Shown piece after piece: positions 1 through 10,809 of a stretch of DNA of 37,773 nt. The DNA is from Acidimicrobiia bacterium (GTDB taxonomy: Bacteria > Actinomycetota > Acidimicrobiia > Acidimicrobiales > VFJN01), in assembly GCA_050247895.1 (NCBI GenBank), contig JBFWTJ010000002.1:1-37773 (forward strand), read 5' to 3'. Under the pieces are notes generated by a model that did not search any database, was not told the DNA's origin, and was given only the letters and a program-made list of their open reading frames with translations. A program made the translations under genes and the position numbers. Numbering within the stretch: position 1 is the first letter of the stretch; every line of letters begins with the position of its first letter.

Positions 1-2
1 TC

Positions 3-305
3 GGCGACGCCGGCTCGGCCCAGCTGCTGATCGACCCGGGCCGGGCCGGCCGCAACCAGATCCACCTCTACACCTACGACGCCACCGGCCGGCCGGCCGC
101 GCTGGGCGAGTCGGTGCGCCTCGAGCTGAGCCAGCCCGAGGCCGGGATCGGACCCCTGACCCGGGAGCCGCTGCGGGCCGGTCCCTCCCACTTCACCCTG
201 CCCGACGCCGACCTCGTGCCCGCCGGGCGCTGGACGGTCGAGGTCCACGTGCGGATCGACCGCTTCACCGAGGCCGAGGGCACCGCCAGCCTGGAGATCC
301 GCTGA
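3..305 (+). CDS. 3' end of a CDS cut by the window edge; C-terminal beta-sandwich (FixH/CopC-CopD-tail-like) domain, tentative
   Basis: Frame 3 is open from nt 3 to TGA 303-305. Translation is ...NQIHLYTYDATGRPAAL...GRWTVEVHVRIDRFTEAEGTASLEIR. The family is assigned from memory of copper-resistance CopD-type C-termini only. Confidence 0.45.
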   Translation, partial: GDAGSAQLLIDPGRAGRNQIHLYTYDATGRPAALGESVRLELSQPEAGIGPLTREPLRAGPSHFTLPDADLVPAGRWTVEVHVRIDRFTEAEGTASLEIR

Positions 306-325
306 GCGCGCCGACGGGCGGCAGG

Positions 326-1486
326 ATGTCCGCCGTGCCCCGTGCCGCCGGCCTGCCGCTCACCGACCCGGGGTGCGGGCCCGGCCACCCGCCCGCCCGG
401 GTGCCCCGGGCCCGGGCGTCGCTCGCCGGGGCCGTGCGGGTCGGGTCGGCCGCGACGGCCCTGGTCGTGGCCACCGCCGCCCTGGTCGTGGCCACCGCGT
501 CGCCGGCCGCCGCCGACCCGGCCGGGCCGTCCGACTTCCGGTCCGAGGTCACCACGGTGGTCCCCGAGGGGGCCGGGGTGCAGGCCGAGGTGCGCGGCGG
601 CGACAGCTTCCTCGAGCTGACCGTGGCCCCGGGCACCACGGTGGTGGTGTTCGGCTACACCGACGGCGCCGACGGCGACGGGCGGGGGAACGACCCCTAC
701 CTGCGCTTCAACCCGGACGGCACCGTCGAGCGGAACCGGATGAGCTCGGCCACCTACCTGAACGAGGACCGCCGGGGGAACGTGGACGTCCCCCCCGAGG
801 CGAACGACCCCACGGCGACGCCGGACTGGGAGCAGGTCGCCACCGGCGGGCGCTACGCCTGGCACGACCACCGCATCCACTGGATGCTCGACGGCCCACC
901 CGAGGGCGTGGGCCGGGGCGAGTCGGTGGGCGGCGACTACGACCCGTGGGTCGTGCCCCTGTCGATCGACGGGCAGGCCGCCCGGGTCGAGGGCACCCTG
1001 ACCTACGAGGAGGCGACGACCCCGCTGCCCTGGATCGTGGGTGGGTTGGTCGGGCTCGGCCTGCTGGCCTGGGCCGGCCGGCGGTCCCCGGTCCCGGTCG
1101 CCTGCGCCGCGCTGACCCTGGCCGGCGCGCTGGCCGTGGTCGCCGGGCGGGCCGAGCTGGCCGAGTCGCCCGCGGGCGTCGGCGCCAACCCGCTCCTGTG
1201 GGTCCTGCCCGCGCTGGCCGCCGTCGCCGCTGCGGTCGGCTCGTTCCTGGCCCGCCGGGTCACCGGTGTGGTCCTGGCCCTCGCCGCGGTCGCGGGCCTG
1301 GCCGGCTGGGGGCTCCTGCGCTTCACGACCCTGCTCCGGCCGGTCCTGCCCACCGACCTCCCTCCCGCGCTGGACCGGCTCTCTGTCACCGCCGCGCTGG
1401 CCGCGGCGGCCGGCGGGGCCGTGCTGGTGGTGGGCAGCGGCGCGCTGCGCCTCCCCGACCTGCCCGACGACGACGAGGCCTCCTGA
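326..1486 (+). CDS. hypothetical exported/integral membrane protein (soluble N-domain with AWHDHRIHWM motif plus several C-terminal TM helices)
   Basis: ATG at 326. N-terminal hydrophobic stretch ALVVATAALVVATASPAAA, a roughly 200-aa soluble part, then 4-5 Ala/Leu/Gly-rich hydrophobic segments and an acidic tail DLPDDDEAS. No family recognised. Confidence 0.6.
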   Translation: MSAVPRAAGLPLTDPGCGPGHPPARVPRARASLAGAVRVGSAATALVVATAALVVATASPAAADPAGPSDFRSEVTTVVPEGAGVQAEVRGGDSFLELTVAPGTTVVVFGYTDGADGDGRGNDPYLRFNPDGTVERNRMSSATYLNEDRRGNVDVPPEANDPTATPDWEQVATGGRYAWHDHRIHWMLDGPPEGVGRGESVGGDYDPWVVPLSIDGQAARVEGTLTYEEATTPLPWIVGGLVGLGLLAWAGRRSPVPVACAALTLAGALAVVAGRAELAESPAGVGANPLLWVLPALAAVAAAVGSFLARRVTGVVLALAAVAGLAGWGLLRFTTLLRPVLPTDLPPALDRLSVTAALAAAAGGAVLVVGSGALRLPDLPDDDEAS

Positions 1487-1525
1487 CCGGCCGCCGACCC
1501 CCACCGGCCCCCGGCTGCCGGCCCG

Positions 1526-2515
1526 TCAGAGCCAGCCGTCGCGGCGGAACCTGCGGTAGAGGACCACGCAGACGACCAGGATGACCGCCAGGGAGAGCGG
1601 GTAGCCGAAGGACCAGCGCAGCTCGGGCATGTGGTCGAAGTTCATCCCGTAGACGGCGCCGACGACCGTGGGGACCGCGGCCACCGCGACCAGCGCCGAG
1701 ATCCGCCGCATGTCGTCGTTCTGGCGCACCGACGCCTGGGCCAGGTTGGCGGTCAGCGCATCGGTGAGGGTGTCCCGGAAGTCGTCGATCTCGGCCACGA
1801 CCCGCAGCAGGTGGTCGAGCACGTCGCGGAAGTAGCTGCGCAGCTCGGGGCCGCAGCCCGGGATGGCCCCGGCGGCCAGCCGGCCCAGGGGTTCGACGAG
1901 CGGCTTGGCGAAGCGCTGGAAGTCGAGCACCTCGCGCTTGAGCTTGTAGATGCGCCGGACGGGGTCGGTCCGGTGGGACCGCTCGGCGTCGAACACCTCG
2001 GCCTCGATCTCGTGGATGTCGTTGTCGAGGCCCTCGATCACCGGCTCGTAGTCGTCGACGACCCGGTCGAGCACGGCGTGGAGGATCGCCATCGGCCCCA
2101 GGGCCAGCCGGTCCGGGTCGTCCTCGAGCGCGTGGCGGACCTCGGCCAGCGCCGAGCCGTGCCCGTGGCGCACGGTCACGACGTAGTCGGCGCCCACGAA
2201 GAGCTGGATCTCGGCGAACTCCACCGTCTCGAGGTCGTCCACGTAGCGGGCCGTCCGCAGGACGACGAAGAGGTCGCCGTCGTACACCTCGAGCTTGGGC
2301 CGCTGGTGGGCCAGCACGGCGTCCTCGACGGCGAGGTCGTGGAGGCCGAACTCGGCCCGCACCGCGGTGAACTCCTCGGGGGTGGGCTCGAACAGGCCGA
2401 GCCACACGAACGAGTCCGGCTCGCGGGCCGCCTCGAGGGCCTGCTCCAGGGGCACCGGCACCGTTCGCCGCTTGCCCTGCGTGTAGACCGCGAGGTCGAC
2501 GATCACGCCGACCAT
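1526..2515 (-). CDS. corA: CorA magnesium/cobalt transporter
   Basis: 329 aa from ATG at 2513-2515 (MVGVIVDLAVY...). Carries the signature YGMNF motif followed by two C-terminal TM helices. The ORF-track extension up to 3298 is Arg/Gly-rich and overlaps the divergent gene. Confidence 0.9.
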   Translation of the reverse strand: MVGVIVDLAVYTQGKRRTVPVPLEQALEAAREPDSFVWLGLFEPTPEEFTAVRAEFGLHDLAVEDAVLAHQRPKLEVYDGDLFVVLRTARYVDDLETVEFAEIQLFVGADYVVTVRHGHGSALAEVRHALEDDPDRLALGPMAILHAVLDRVVDDYEPVIEGLDNDIHEIEAEVFDAERSHRTDPVRRIYKLKREVLDFQRFAKPLVEPLGRLAAGAIPGCGPELRSYFRDVLDHLLRVVAEIDDFRDTLTDALTANLAQASVRQNDDMRRISALVAVAAVPTVVGAVYGMNFDHMPELRWSFGYPLSLAVILVVCVVLYRRFRRDGWL

Positions 2516-2545
2516 GATCGTCCACACGTGCCAGGCTCGGGCGCG

Positions 2546-3310
2546 ATGGACCCTGCCACGCACCTCTCCCACCTGCGCCTGCACGGCGACCGGCTCGCCG
2601 CCGCGGCCGCGCTGGCCGGTGACGACCGGCCCGTCCCCTCGTGCCCCGGCTGGACGATGGGCCAGCTCGTCGCCCACGCCGGAGGCGTCCTGGCCATGTG
2701 GCGGCTCACCGCGCAGCGCCCCCCGGGCTCCGAGCGGGTCCGGTTCCGGGAGGTCCCCCGACCCGCCGAGGGAGAGGACCTGGTGGCGTGGTTCGCCCAG
2801 GGCCTCGACGCCACGATCGCCGCGCTCGGCGCCGTCGACCCGGCCGAGGTGCGCGACACGTTCCTCGGCCCCCGGTCCGGTGCCTTCCTGGCCCGGCGCA
2901 GCGCGCTCGAGATCGCCGTCCACGGCTGGGACGCCCAAGGGGCGGTCGGGCGGCCCGAGCCGTTCGACCCCGCCCTCGCCGCCGACGGGATCGACGAGCT
3001 GCTCGGCGTGCTGGCCGCCGGGATCCCCGGCAAGGCGTTCCCGGCCTCGACCACGATCCACCTCCACGCCACCGACGACGAGCTCGACGGCGACGACGGC
3101 GAGTGGCTCGTGCACCTGGACGCCGACGCGGGCGAGGGTCCCGGCGTGTCCTTCACCCACGGCCACGCCAAGGGCGCGGTGGCGGTGCGGGGGACCGCCT
3201 CGGACCTCTACCTCCTGGCCTGGAACCGGGTCCCGGCCGACGACGGGCGCTTCGCGGTCTTCGGCGACCCCGCCGCGCTCGACCTGTGGCGCACCCACGT
3301 GGCCATCTGA
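2546..3310 (+). CDS. maleylpyruvate isomerase family mycothiol-dependent enzyme (DinB/MDMPI fold)
   Basis: ATG 2546; MDPATHLSHLRLHGDRL...CPGWTMGQLVAHAGGV... is the typical N-terminus of the TIGR03083-type family. An in-frame GTG at 2528 is an alternative start. It lies only 30 nt from divergent corA. Confidence 0.75.
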   Translation: MDPATHLSHLRLHGDRLAAAAALAGDDRPVPSCPGWTMGQLVAHAGGVLAMWRLTAQRPPGSERVRFREVPRPAEGEDLVAWFAQGLDATIAALGAVDPAEVRDTFLGPRSGAFLARRSALEIAVHGWDAQGAVGRPEPFDPALAADGIDELLGVLAAGIPGKAFPASTTIHLHATDDELDGDDGEWLVHLDADAGEGPGVSFTHGHAKGAVAVRGTASDLYLLAWNRVPADDGRFAVFGDPAALDLWRTHVAI

Positions 3311-3385
3311 TCCCGCCGGGCCACGGCGCGAGCCGGCCCGGGCCCGACCGTCAGCCCCGGGGCCGACCCGCCACCGCGGCGTGGC

Positions 3386-4363
3386 TCACCCGGCACCCTC
3401 GAAGACCGCGGCCTTGATCCCCACCACGGCCAGGGCGGCCAGCCAGCTCACCGGGTCCTCGACCCGGGCCAGCCCGCCCGCGCCCGTGGCCAGCTCCCCT
3501 GCCGCGGCCCGGCTCGCGGCCAGGGCTGCCAGGGTCCCCGCCGCCACCGCCGGCCGGTCCAGGGCCCCCAGCACGACGACCTCGCGCGCCGCGCCCGCCG
3601 TGCCCCGCAGCTCGACCCGCAGTGCCCCGACCAGGCCCTCGGGGTGGGGACGGCGCAGCATCGGCAGGCGGGCCGTCAGCCGGTCCCGCCGGTTGGCGGC
3701 CAACCGGGCGGTCACCCGCGACACCCCGGGGAACTCGGGGACCAGCAGCAGGGCATCGGGCAGCTCGGCCCGGTAGCAGTCGCGACCGCCGACCGGGTCG
3801 GGGAACCAGCACAGCTCGCGCCCCGACCCCGCCGGGCGGCGCAACCAGCCGTGGTCGCGCCAGTCCAGGGCCGTGCCGGCCAGGGCCCGGTGGTGGTGCC
3901 GGGCGCAGGCCGGGCCCCCGGTGCCCACCCGGGCCACGTGGACCTCGTCGACGGTCTCGAACCGCTCGGCGGCGTGGCGGACCAGCAGGCAGCTCAGCCC
4001 GGGGGAGAACCCGGTGCCCACGACCACGCTGCGCTCCCGGACCGTGGCCTCGGCGTCCAGGTCGAGCAGGGCCTGCACGTCGACGAGGTCGTCGGAGGTC
4101 GACACGACGTGGCGGCCCCGGGCGAGGTGGTCGCGCGCCGGACCGGCGTGGGTCCCCGACGGTCCGGCCAGCACGACCACGTCGACCTCGGCGTCCAGCG
4201 GCTCGTCGACCGCGGTCACGTCGGCACCGATGCGGGCGGCCACGGCCCGGGCCCGGTCCGGCGAGCCACCGGCCAGCAGCACCGCCTCGACGTCGTCCGA
4301 CTCGGCCAGCTGGCGGGCGGCCCGGGCACCCACCGCGCCGGGGCCGACGACGAGCGCCCTCAC
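3386..4363 (-). CDS. saccharopine dehydrogenase-like NAD(P)-binding protein
   Basis: The GTG at 4361-4363 gives VRALVVGPGAVGARAARQL (Rossmann GxGxxG). The longer ORF (to 4594) would run through the tRNA gene. The GTG overlaps the TGA of the upstream small ORF (GTGA). Confidence 0.65.
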   Translation of the reverse strand: MRALVVGPGAVGARAARQLAESDDVEAVLLAGGSPDRARAVAARIGADVTAVDEPLDAEVDVVVLAGPSGTHAGPARDHLARGRHVVSTSDDLVDVQALLDLDAEATVRERSVVVGTGFSPGLSCLLVRHAAERFETVDEVHVARVGTGGPACARHHHRALAGTALDWRDHGWLRRPAGSGRELCWFPDPVGGRDCYRAELPDALLLVPEFPGVSRVTARLAANRRDRLTARLPMLRRPHPEGLVGALRVELRGTAGAAREVVVLGALDRPAVAAGTLAALAASRAAAGELATGAGGLARVEDPVSWLAALAVVGIKAAVFEGAG

Positions 4364-4497
4364 CGGAGGTCGGGGCCGGACAGCTCGCGCCAGCCGCCGT
4401 CCTGCGGGGGCGTGCCGCCGCTGCCTCGGGCCCGGAGCACGGCAGCGATCAGGCCGGCCACCCCGAGGGCGACCAGGGCTCGTCGGAGCAGGGCCAT
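4360..4497 (-). CDS. small single-pass membrane protein (45 aa), not in the supplied ORF track
   Basis: Hand translation: MALLRRALVALGVAGLIAAVLRARGSGGTPPQDGGWRELSGPDLR*. Third codon positions are almost all G/C. GGGAG sits 9 nt upstream of the ATG, and the stop overlaps the next gene's GTG by 4 nt. Confidence 0.45.
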   Translation of the reverse strand: MALLRRALVALGVAGLIAAVLRARGSGGTPPQDGGWRELSGPDLR

Positions 4498-4561
4498 GTG
4501 GGGTGACTCCCGGAGGGCAGAGGGACGACCGACCCCGGCGCCCCGAGGCGCCGGCGTCGAG

Positions 4562-4635
<74 letters not shown>

Positions 4636-4649
4636 GGGACCCGGTGAGG

Positions 4650-5477
4650 CTAGCGGCTCGCTCGCGACGGCGGCGAGCCCGCCCGGTCCGGGGGCCGTGG
4701 CCCTCCGGGGCGAGGCGGCGTCTCGGGCTCCAGGACCGTGAAGCGGACCCCGCCGGTCAGGTCGCTGATCAGGTTGAACAGCAGGGCGAGGATGGCGTTG
4801 AAGGCCGAACCGGCCACCACGAGGATCAACCCGCCCAGCACCGCGGCCTCGAAGATCCGGTCGTCCTCGAACTGGAACTCCCCGACCAGCTCCTGGCCGG
4901 CGGGGCAGTCGTCGCCGTCCGAGTCGTCGGCGTCGGGCTCGGCCGCCGAGGGCGCCAGGGTCGTCGCGGCCGGGTCGGCGGGCGCCTCGACCGGCAGGCT
5001 GGTCGAGGTCGACGGGTCGCCGGCCGCGGCGTCGGGCTGGTCGACGGGCTGGCAGTTGCCGAAGCCGAGGGAGGTGACGAAGTCCTCGACCTGGTCGATC
5101 GTGCCGGCGTTGCGGGCCGTGCGCCACAGCAGCGTCGACGCGACGCAGACCATGAGGAACACGGCCAGGTAGAACAGGACCGAGATCTTCAGCACCGACC
5201 AGGGGTCGACGTGGCGGACGATCCGCTTGACCCGCCGGGCCCGGGTCCGCCGGCGACGGCCCAGGCGCCGGGACCGGTGCGGCTCCGGCGTCGCCTCGGC
5301 GGCTCGTGCCGCCTCGGCCGGGCGGCGACGGGGCGTCACCGGGCGCGACGGTGTCGGGGAGGGGCCCGGCGTGACGGGCGAGGCGGTGGGGACACCGACC
5401 TCGGTCCGTGGCTCACCCGACCCCAGCCGGGGGCTGGGCACGTCGGGGGCGCTGAGCCCCGGCTTCTCGGGCGCCAT
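4650..5477 (-). CDS. DUF3566 domain-containing membrane protein (Rv0007-like position downstream of gyrA)
   Basis: VKRIVRHVDPWSVLKISVLFYLAVFLMVCV... and ...GGLILVVAGSAFNAILALLFNLISDLTGGVRFTV match the two-TM DUF3566 pattern. The N-terminus is Pro/Arg-rich and disordered. Start taken at ATG 5475-5477 (MAPEKPG); the start is uncertain. Confidence 0.75.
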   Translation of the reverse strand: MAPEKPGLSAPDVPSPRLGSGEPRTEVGVPTASPVTPGPSPTPSRPVTPRRRPAEAARAAEATPEPHRSRRLGRRRRTRARRVKRIVRHVDPWSVLKISVLFYLAVFLMVCVASTLLWRTARNAGTIDQVEDFVTSLGFGNCQPVDQPDAAAGDPSTSTSLPVEAPADPAATTLAPSAAEPDADDSDGDDCPAGQELVGEFQFEDDRIFEAAVLGGLILVVAGSAFNAILALLFNLISDLTGGVRFTVLEPETPPRPGGPRPPDRAGSPPSRASR

Positions 5478-5514
5478 CGGAGCGAGACTAGTGGCGGCTC
5501 TCCCTGCACCGGGG

Positions 5515-5832
5515 TCACCGGCCCCGGCGGGCACGGGCCTCGGCCCGCGCCCCGCCCACCTCGACCTCCACGACCACGTCGGGCCCGGCGGCTGCGAAGT
5601 CGACCAGCCGGCCGCCGTTGGCCGCAGCCACCTCACGGGCCGCTCCCTCCCCCTCGGCCGCGCCGGCCAGGGCGGACAGGTCGGCCGCGGTGCGAGCGGC
5701 GGAGCGGGCCGACGCCGCCCGGGCCAGGGGCACCAGCGCGATGAGCAGCAGCCCGGTGATCGCGATCAGGGCGACGGCCAGGGGCAGGGCCTGCCCGGAC
5801 GAGTGGTGGTGAGCAGATCGATCGACGGGCAC
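5515..5832 (-). CDS. Rv3654c-family TadE-like (pilin-like) small membrane protein, tentative
   Basis: GTG start preceded by GGAGG (4-nt spacer). One TM helix (LPLAVALIAITGLLLIALV), then RTAADLSALAGAA...AAANGGRLVDF...DVVVEVEV...ARARRG, which resembles the TIGR03816-type TadE-like signature (AADxAALAAA ... NGA ... V.V.V). Confidence 0.5.
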   Translation of the reverse strand: MPVDRSAHHHSSGQALPLAVALIAITGLLLIALVPLARAASARSAARTAADLSALAGAAEGEGAAREVAAANGGRLVDFAAAGPDVVVEVEVGGARAEARARRGR

Positions 5833-5944
5833 GGGGCCTCCGAGCGGTGGTGCGGTCGGGGGCGCTCACGCCGGAGTCGCCGAGGGAGGTCCGGACCCTA
5901 GCCCGACCCGGTCACGGCGGGGCAGGGCCGGTGGGGACGCTGCG

Positions 5945-8388
5945 TCAGGCGGTGTCCTCGACGGCCAGGACCGGGGCCACCGCGGCGACCGCCTGGCCGG
6001 CTTCGAGGTCCATCACCTTCACGCCCGTGGCGTCGCGGCCCTGGGACGAGACGCCACGCACCTCGGTGCGGATGACCGTCCCGGACGAGTTGATGACGAA
6101 GATCTCGTCGTCGATCCCGACCATGAAGGCGGCCACGACCCGGCCCTTCTTCGCCGTGAGCTTGATGCCCCGCACGCCCTGGCCGCCCCGGCCCTGCCGG
6201 TTGAAGTGCTCGAGCTGGGTCCGCTTGCCGTAGCCGGCGTCGGTCACGATGAGCATGGCCACGTCGTCGCGGCACGTGTCGCAGGAGACGACCTGGTCGT
6301 CGCCCCGCAGCTTCATGCCCCGCACGCCGGCCGCGGCCCGGCCCATCGGGCGCACCTCGTCCTCGTTGAAGCGGATGGCCTGGCCGAGCTGGGAGATCAT
6401 GAGGATGTCGTCGCCGCCGTTGGTCGGGATGACCTTCACCAGCTCGTCGCCGTCGCGCAGGTTGATGGCGATGAGCCCGGTGCGCAGCGACGAGTCGTAC
6501 TCGTTGAACTTCGTCTTCTTGACCTGGCCCTGCTTGGTCGCGAAGAAGAGGTACCGGCTGGTCTCGTAGTCGCGGGTGTCGATGATGGCCTGGATCTGCT
6601 CGCCCGGCTGGAGCTGGAGCAGGTTCGGCATGGCGGTGCCCCGGGCGGTCCGGTCCTTCTTGGGGATCTCGTGGGCCTTGAGCCGGTAGACGCGGCCCAG
6701 GTTCGAGAAGAAGAGCAGGTAGGCGTGGGCGGTGGTGGTGAGGATGTGGGTGACGTAGTCCTCGTCACGGAGCTTGGCCCCCGCGACGCCCCGCCCGCCC
6801 CGGCCCTGGGCCCGGAACGTGTCGGCCGCGACCGTCTTCGTGTAGCCCTTGGCCGACAGGGTGACGACCAGCTCCTCGTCGTCGATCAGGTCCTCGATGT
6901 CCATGTCGCCGGAGTCGAGGGTGATGCGCGACCGGCGCGCGGTGGCGAACTTCTCCTTGATCTCAGCCAGCTCGTCCTTGATGACGGTGCGGAGCCGGCC
7001 CTCGTCGGCGAGGATCGCCTCGAGCTCGGCCACCTCGGCCCGCAGCTCGTCGATGCGGGTCTCGATGTCGATCCGGGCCAGGCGGGTCAGCCGGCCGAGC
7101 TGCATGTCGAGGATGTGCTCGGCCTGCACGTCGGAGAACTCGAACGGCTCGGCCATGAGCCGCTCGCGGGCGTCGGTCCGGCTCTCGGAGGCGCGGATGG
7201 TGGCGATCACCTCGTCGATGACGTTGATCGCCTTGAGGTAGCCCTCCTGGATGTGGAGGTCCCGCTGGGCCTTCTCCAGGCGGAACTCGGAGCGCCGGCG
7301 GATGACCTCGACCTGGTGGCCGACGTAGGCGCCGAGCGCCTGGGCCAGGTTGAGCGTCCGCGGCACCCCGTCGACCAGGGCCACGGTGTTCACCGCGAAG
7401 TTCGTCTGGAGCGGCGTGTGCTTGTAGAGGTTGTTGAGGATGACGAGGCCAGCGGCGTCCTTCTTCAGCTTGATGACCAGCCGGGTCTTGCCCTTGGCCG
7501 ACTCGTCGTTGACGTCGGCGATCCCGTCGATCTGGCGGGTCTGCACCAGCTCCTTGATCTTGGCCGCGGTGGCCGAGATCGACGTCTGGTAGGGCATCTC
7601 GGTGACAACGATGATGTCGTTGCCCTTGGTCTCCTCGATCTCGGCCACGGCGCGGATCCGGATCGAGCCCTTCCCGGTGCGGTAGGCGTCGAGGATCCCC
7701 TGGCGGCCCATGATCAGCCCGCCGGTCGGGAAGTCCGGGCCCTTCACGAAGGCCATGAGGTCGTCGGAGGTGGCGTCGGGGTGGTCGATCAGGTGGACCG
7801 TGGCGTCGATGACCTCGCCCAGGTTGTGGGGCGGGATGTTGGTGGCCATCCCCACCGCGATGCCCTGGCTGCCGTTGACCAGCAGGTTGGGGAACCGGGA
7901 CGGGAGGACGACGGGCTCGGTCTCGTCGCCCGAGTAGTTGTCCCGGAAGTCGACGGTGCGCTCGTCGATCCCGTCGAGCATCCGCAGCGAGAGCGGGTTC
8001 AGGCGGCACTCGGTGTAGCGGGCCGCGGCCGGGCCGAAGTCGGGGGACCCGAAGTTGCCGTGTCCGTCGATGAGCGGGTGGCGCAGCGAGAAGTCCTGGG
8101 CCAGGCGGACCAGGGCGTCGTAGATGGCACCGTCGCCGTGGGGATGGAACTTGCCCATCACCTCGCCGGTGACCTTGGCGCACTTCACGTGGGCCCGCTC
8201 GGGACGCGCGCCGAGGACCGACATGCCGTAGAGGATCCGCCGGTGCACCGGCTTGAGCCCGTCGCGGGCGTCGGGCAGGGCCCGCGCCGTGATGACCGAC
8301 ATCGCGTAGTCGAGGAAGGAGCGCTCCATCTCCTCCTGGATCTCGACCGGTTCGATGGGAGGGATCTCGTCGGCAGGTGCGTCGGTCA

Positions 8389-8389
<1 letters not shown>
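5945..8389 (-). CDS. gyrA: DNA gyrase subunit A
   Basis: 814 aa; [35 protein letters not shown], and the AAARYTE motif with the active-site Tyr. The ATG shares one nt with the gyrB TGA. Confidence 0.97.
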
Positions 8390-10314
<1,925 letters not shown>

Positions 10315-10479
10315 GGCGCGCCTCTCTAGGACTGATCAGGGGGTCGGGCGATGGACCGGCGCGGGGAGCGTTTTTCCTGGTCAGCACCGCGAATCACAGC
10401 CTTGGGAGTTTACCAGCCAGGGTCCCGGACCAGGGACCTCCCCCACTTCATCTGACGGGTGGTCACCTCGAGGCTCCGC

Positions 10480-10809
10480 TCAGCGCTTCGGGCCCACCCT
10501 GAGCTCGATCGAGCGGACCCTGCCCTCGCCGAGCAGCTCCCCCAGCCGCTCGAGGAGCTGGGGCTCCAGGAACCGGACGTGGGTGGCCACGGCCGGCTCG
10601 TCCACCCCCAGGACCAGCGTGCCCCCCTGCAGGCGCAGCGGTCGCGTCCGGGCCGCCATCGACTCGCCCACCACCTCGGCCCAGCGCTCGAAGACCTGGG
10701 AGACCCCCCGGGTCTCGGGCGCGCCCAGGCCCCGCAGGACCCGGTCGACGCCCTCCCGCAGGGGCCGGGGTCCGGGACCGTCGCCCGGCAGGGGCCGGAT
10801 GCGCGCCAT
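10480..10809 (-). CDS. DUF721 domain protein (DciA-family, Rv0004 position)
   Basis: 109 aa from ATG 10807-10809; ...VFERWAEVVGESMAARTRPLRLQGGTLVLGVDEPAVATHVRFLEPQLLERL... fits the DUF721 pattern. The ATG shares one nt with the recF TGA. The longer ORF (to 11349) overlaps recF. Confidence 0.8.
   Translation of the reverse strand: MARIRPLPGDGPGPRPLREGVDRVLRGLGAPETRGVSQVFERWAEVVGESMAARTRPLRLQGGTLVLGVDEPAVATHVRFLEPQLLERLGELLGEGRVRSIELRVGPKR

Noticed and set aside
2516-3298. Longer version of the corA ORF (590 aa)
   Set aside because: The upstream 260 aa are Gly/Arg/Val/Pro-rich, lie antisense to the isomerase-family gene, and are unnecessary for a full-length CorA (329 aa).
3926-3939. GGGCCACGTGGACC as a parS-like site
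   Set aside because: It matches 11/14 with the outer arms wrong and lies inside the saccharopine-dehydrogenase-like CDS. CACGTG cores are expected by chance in GC-rich DNA.
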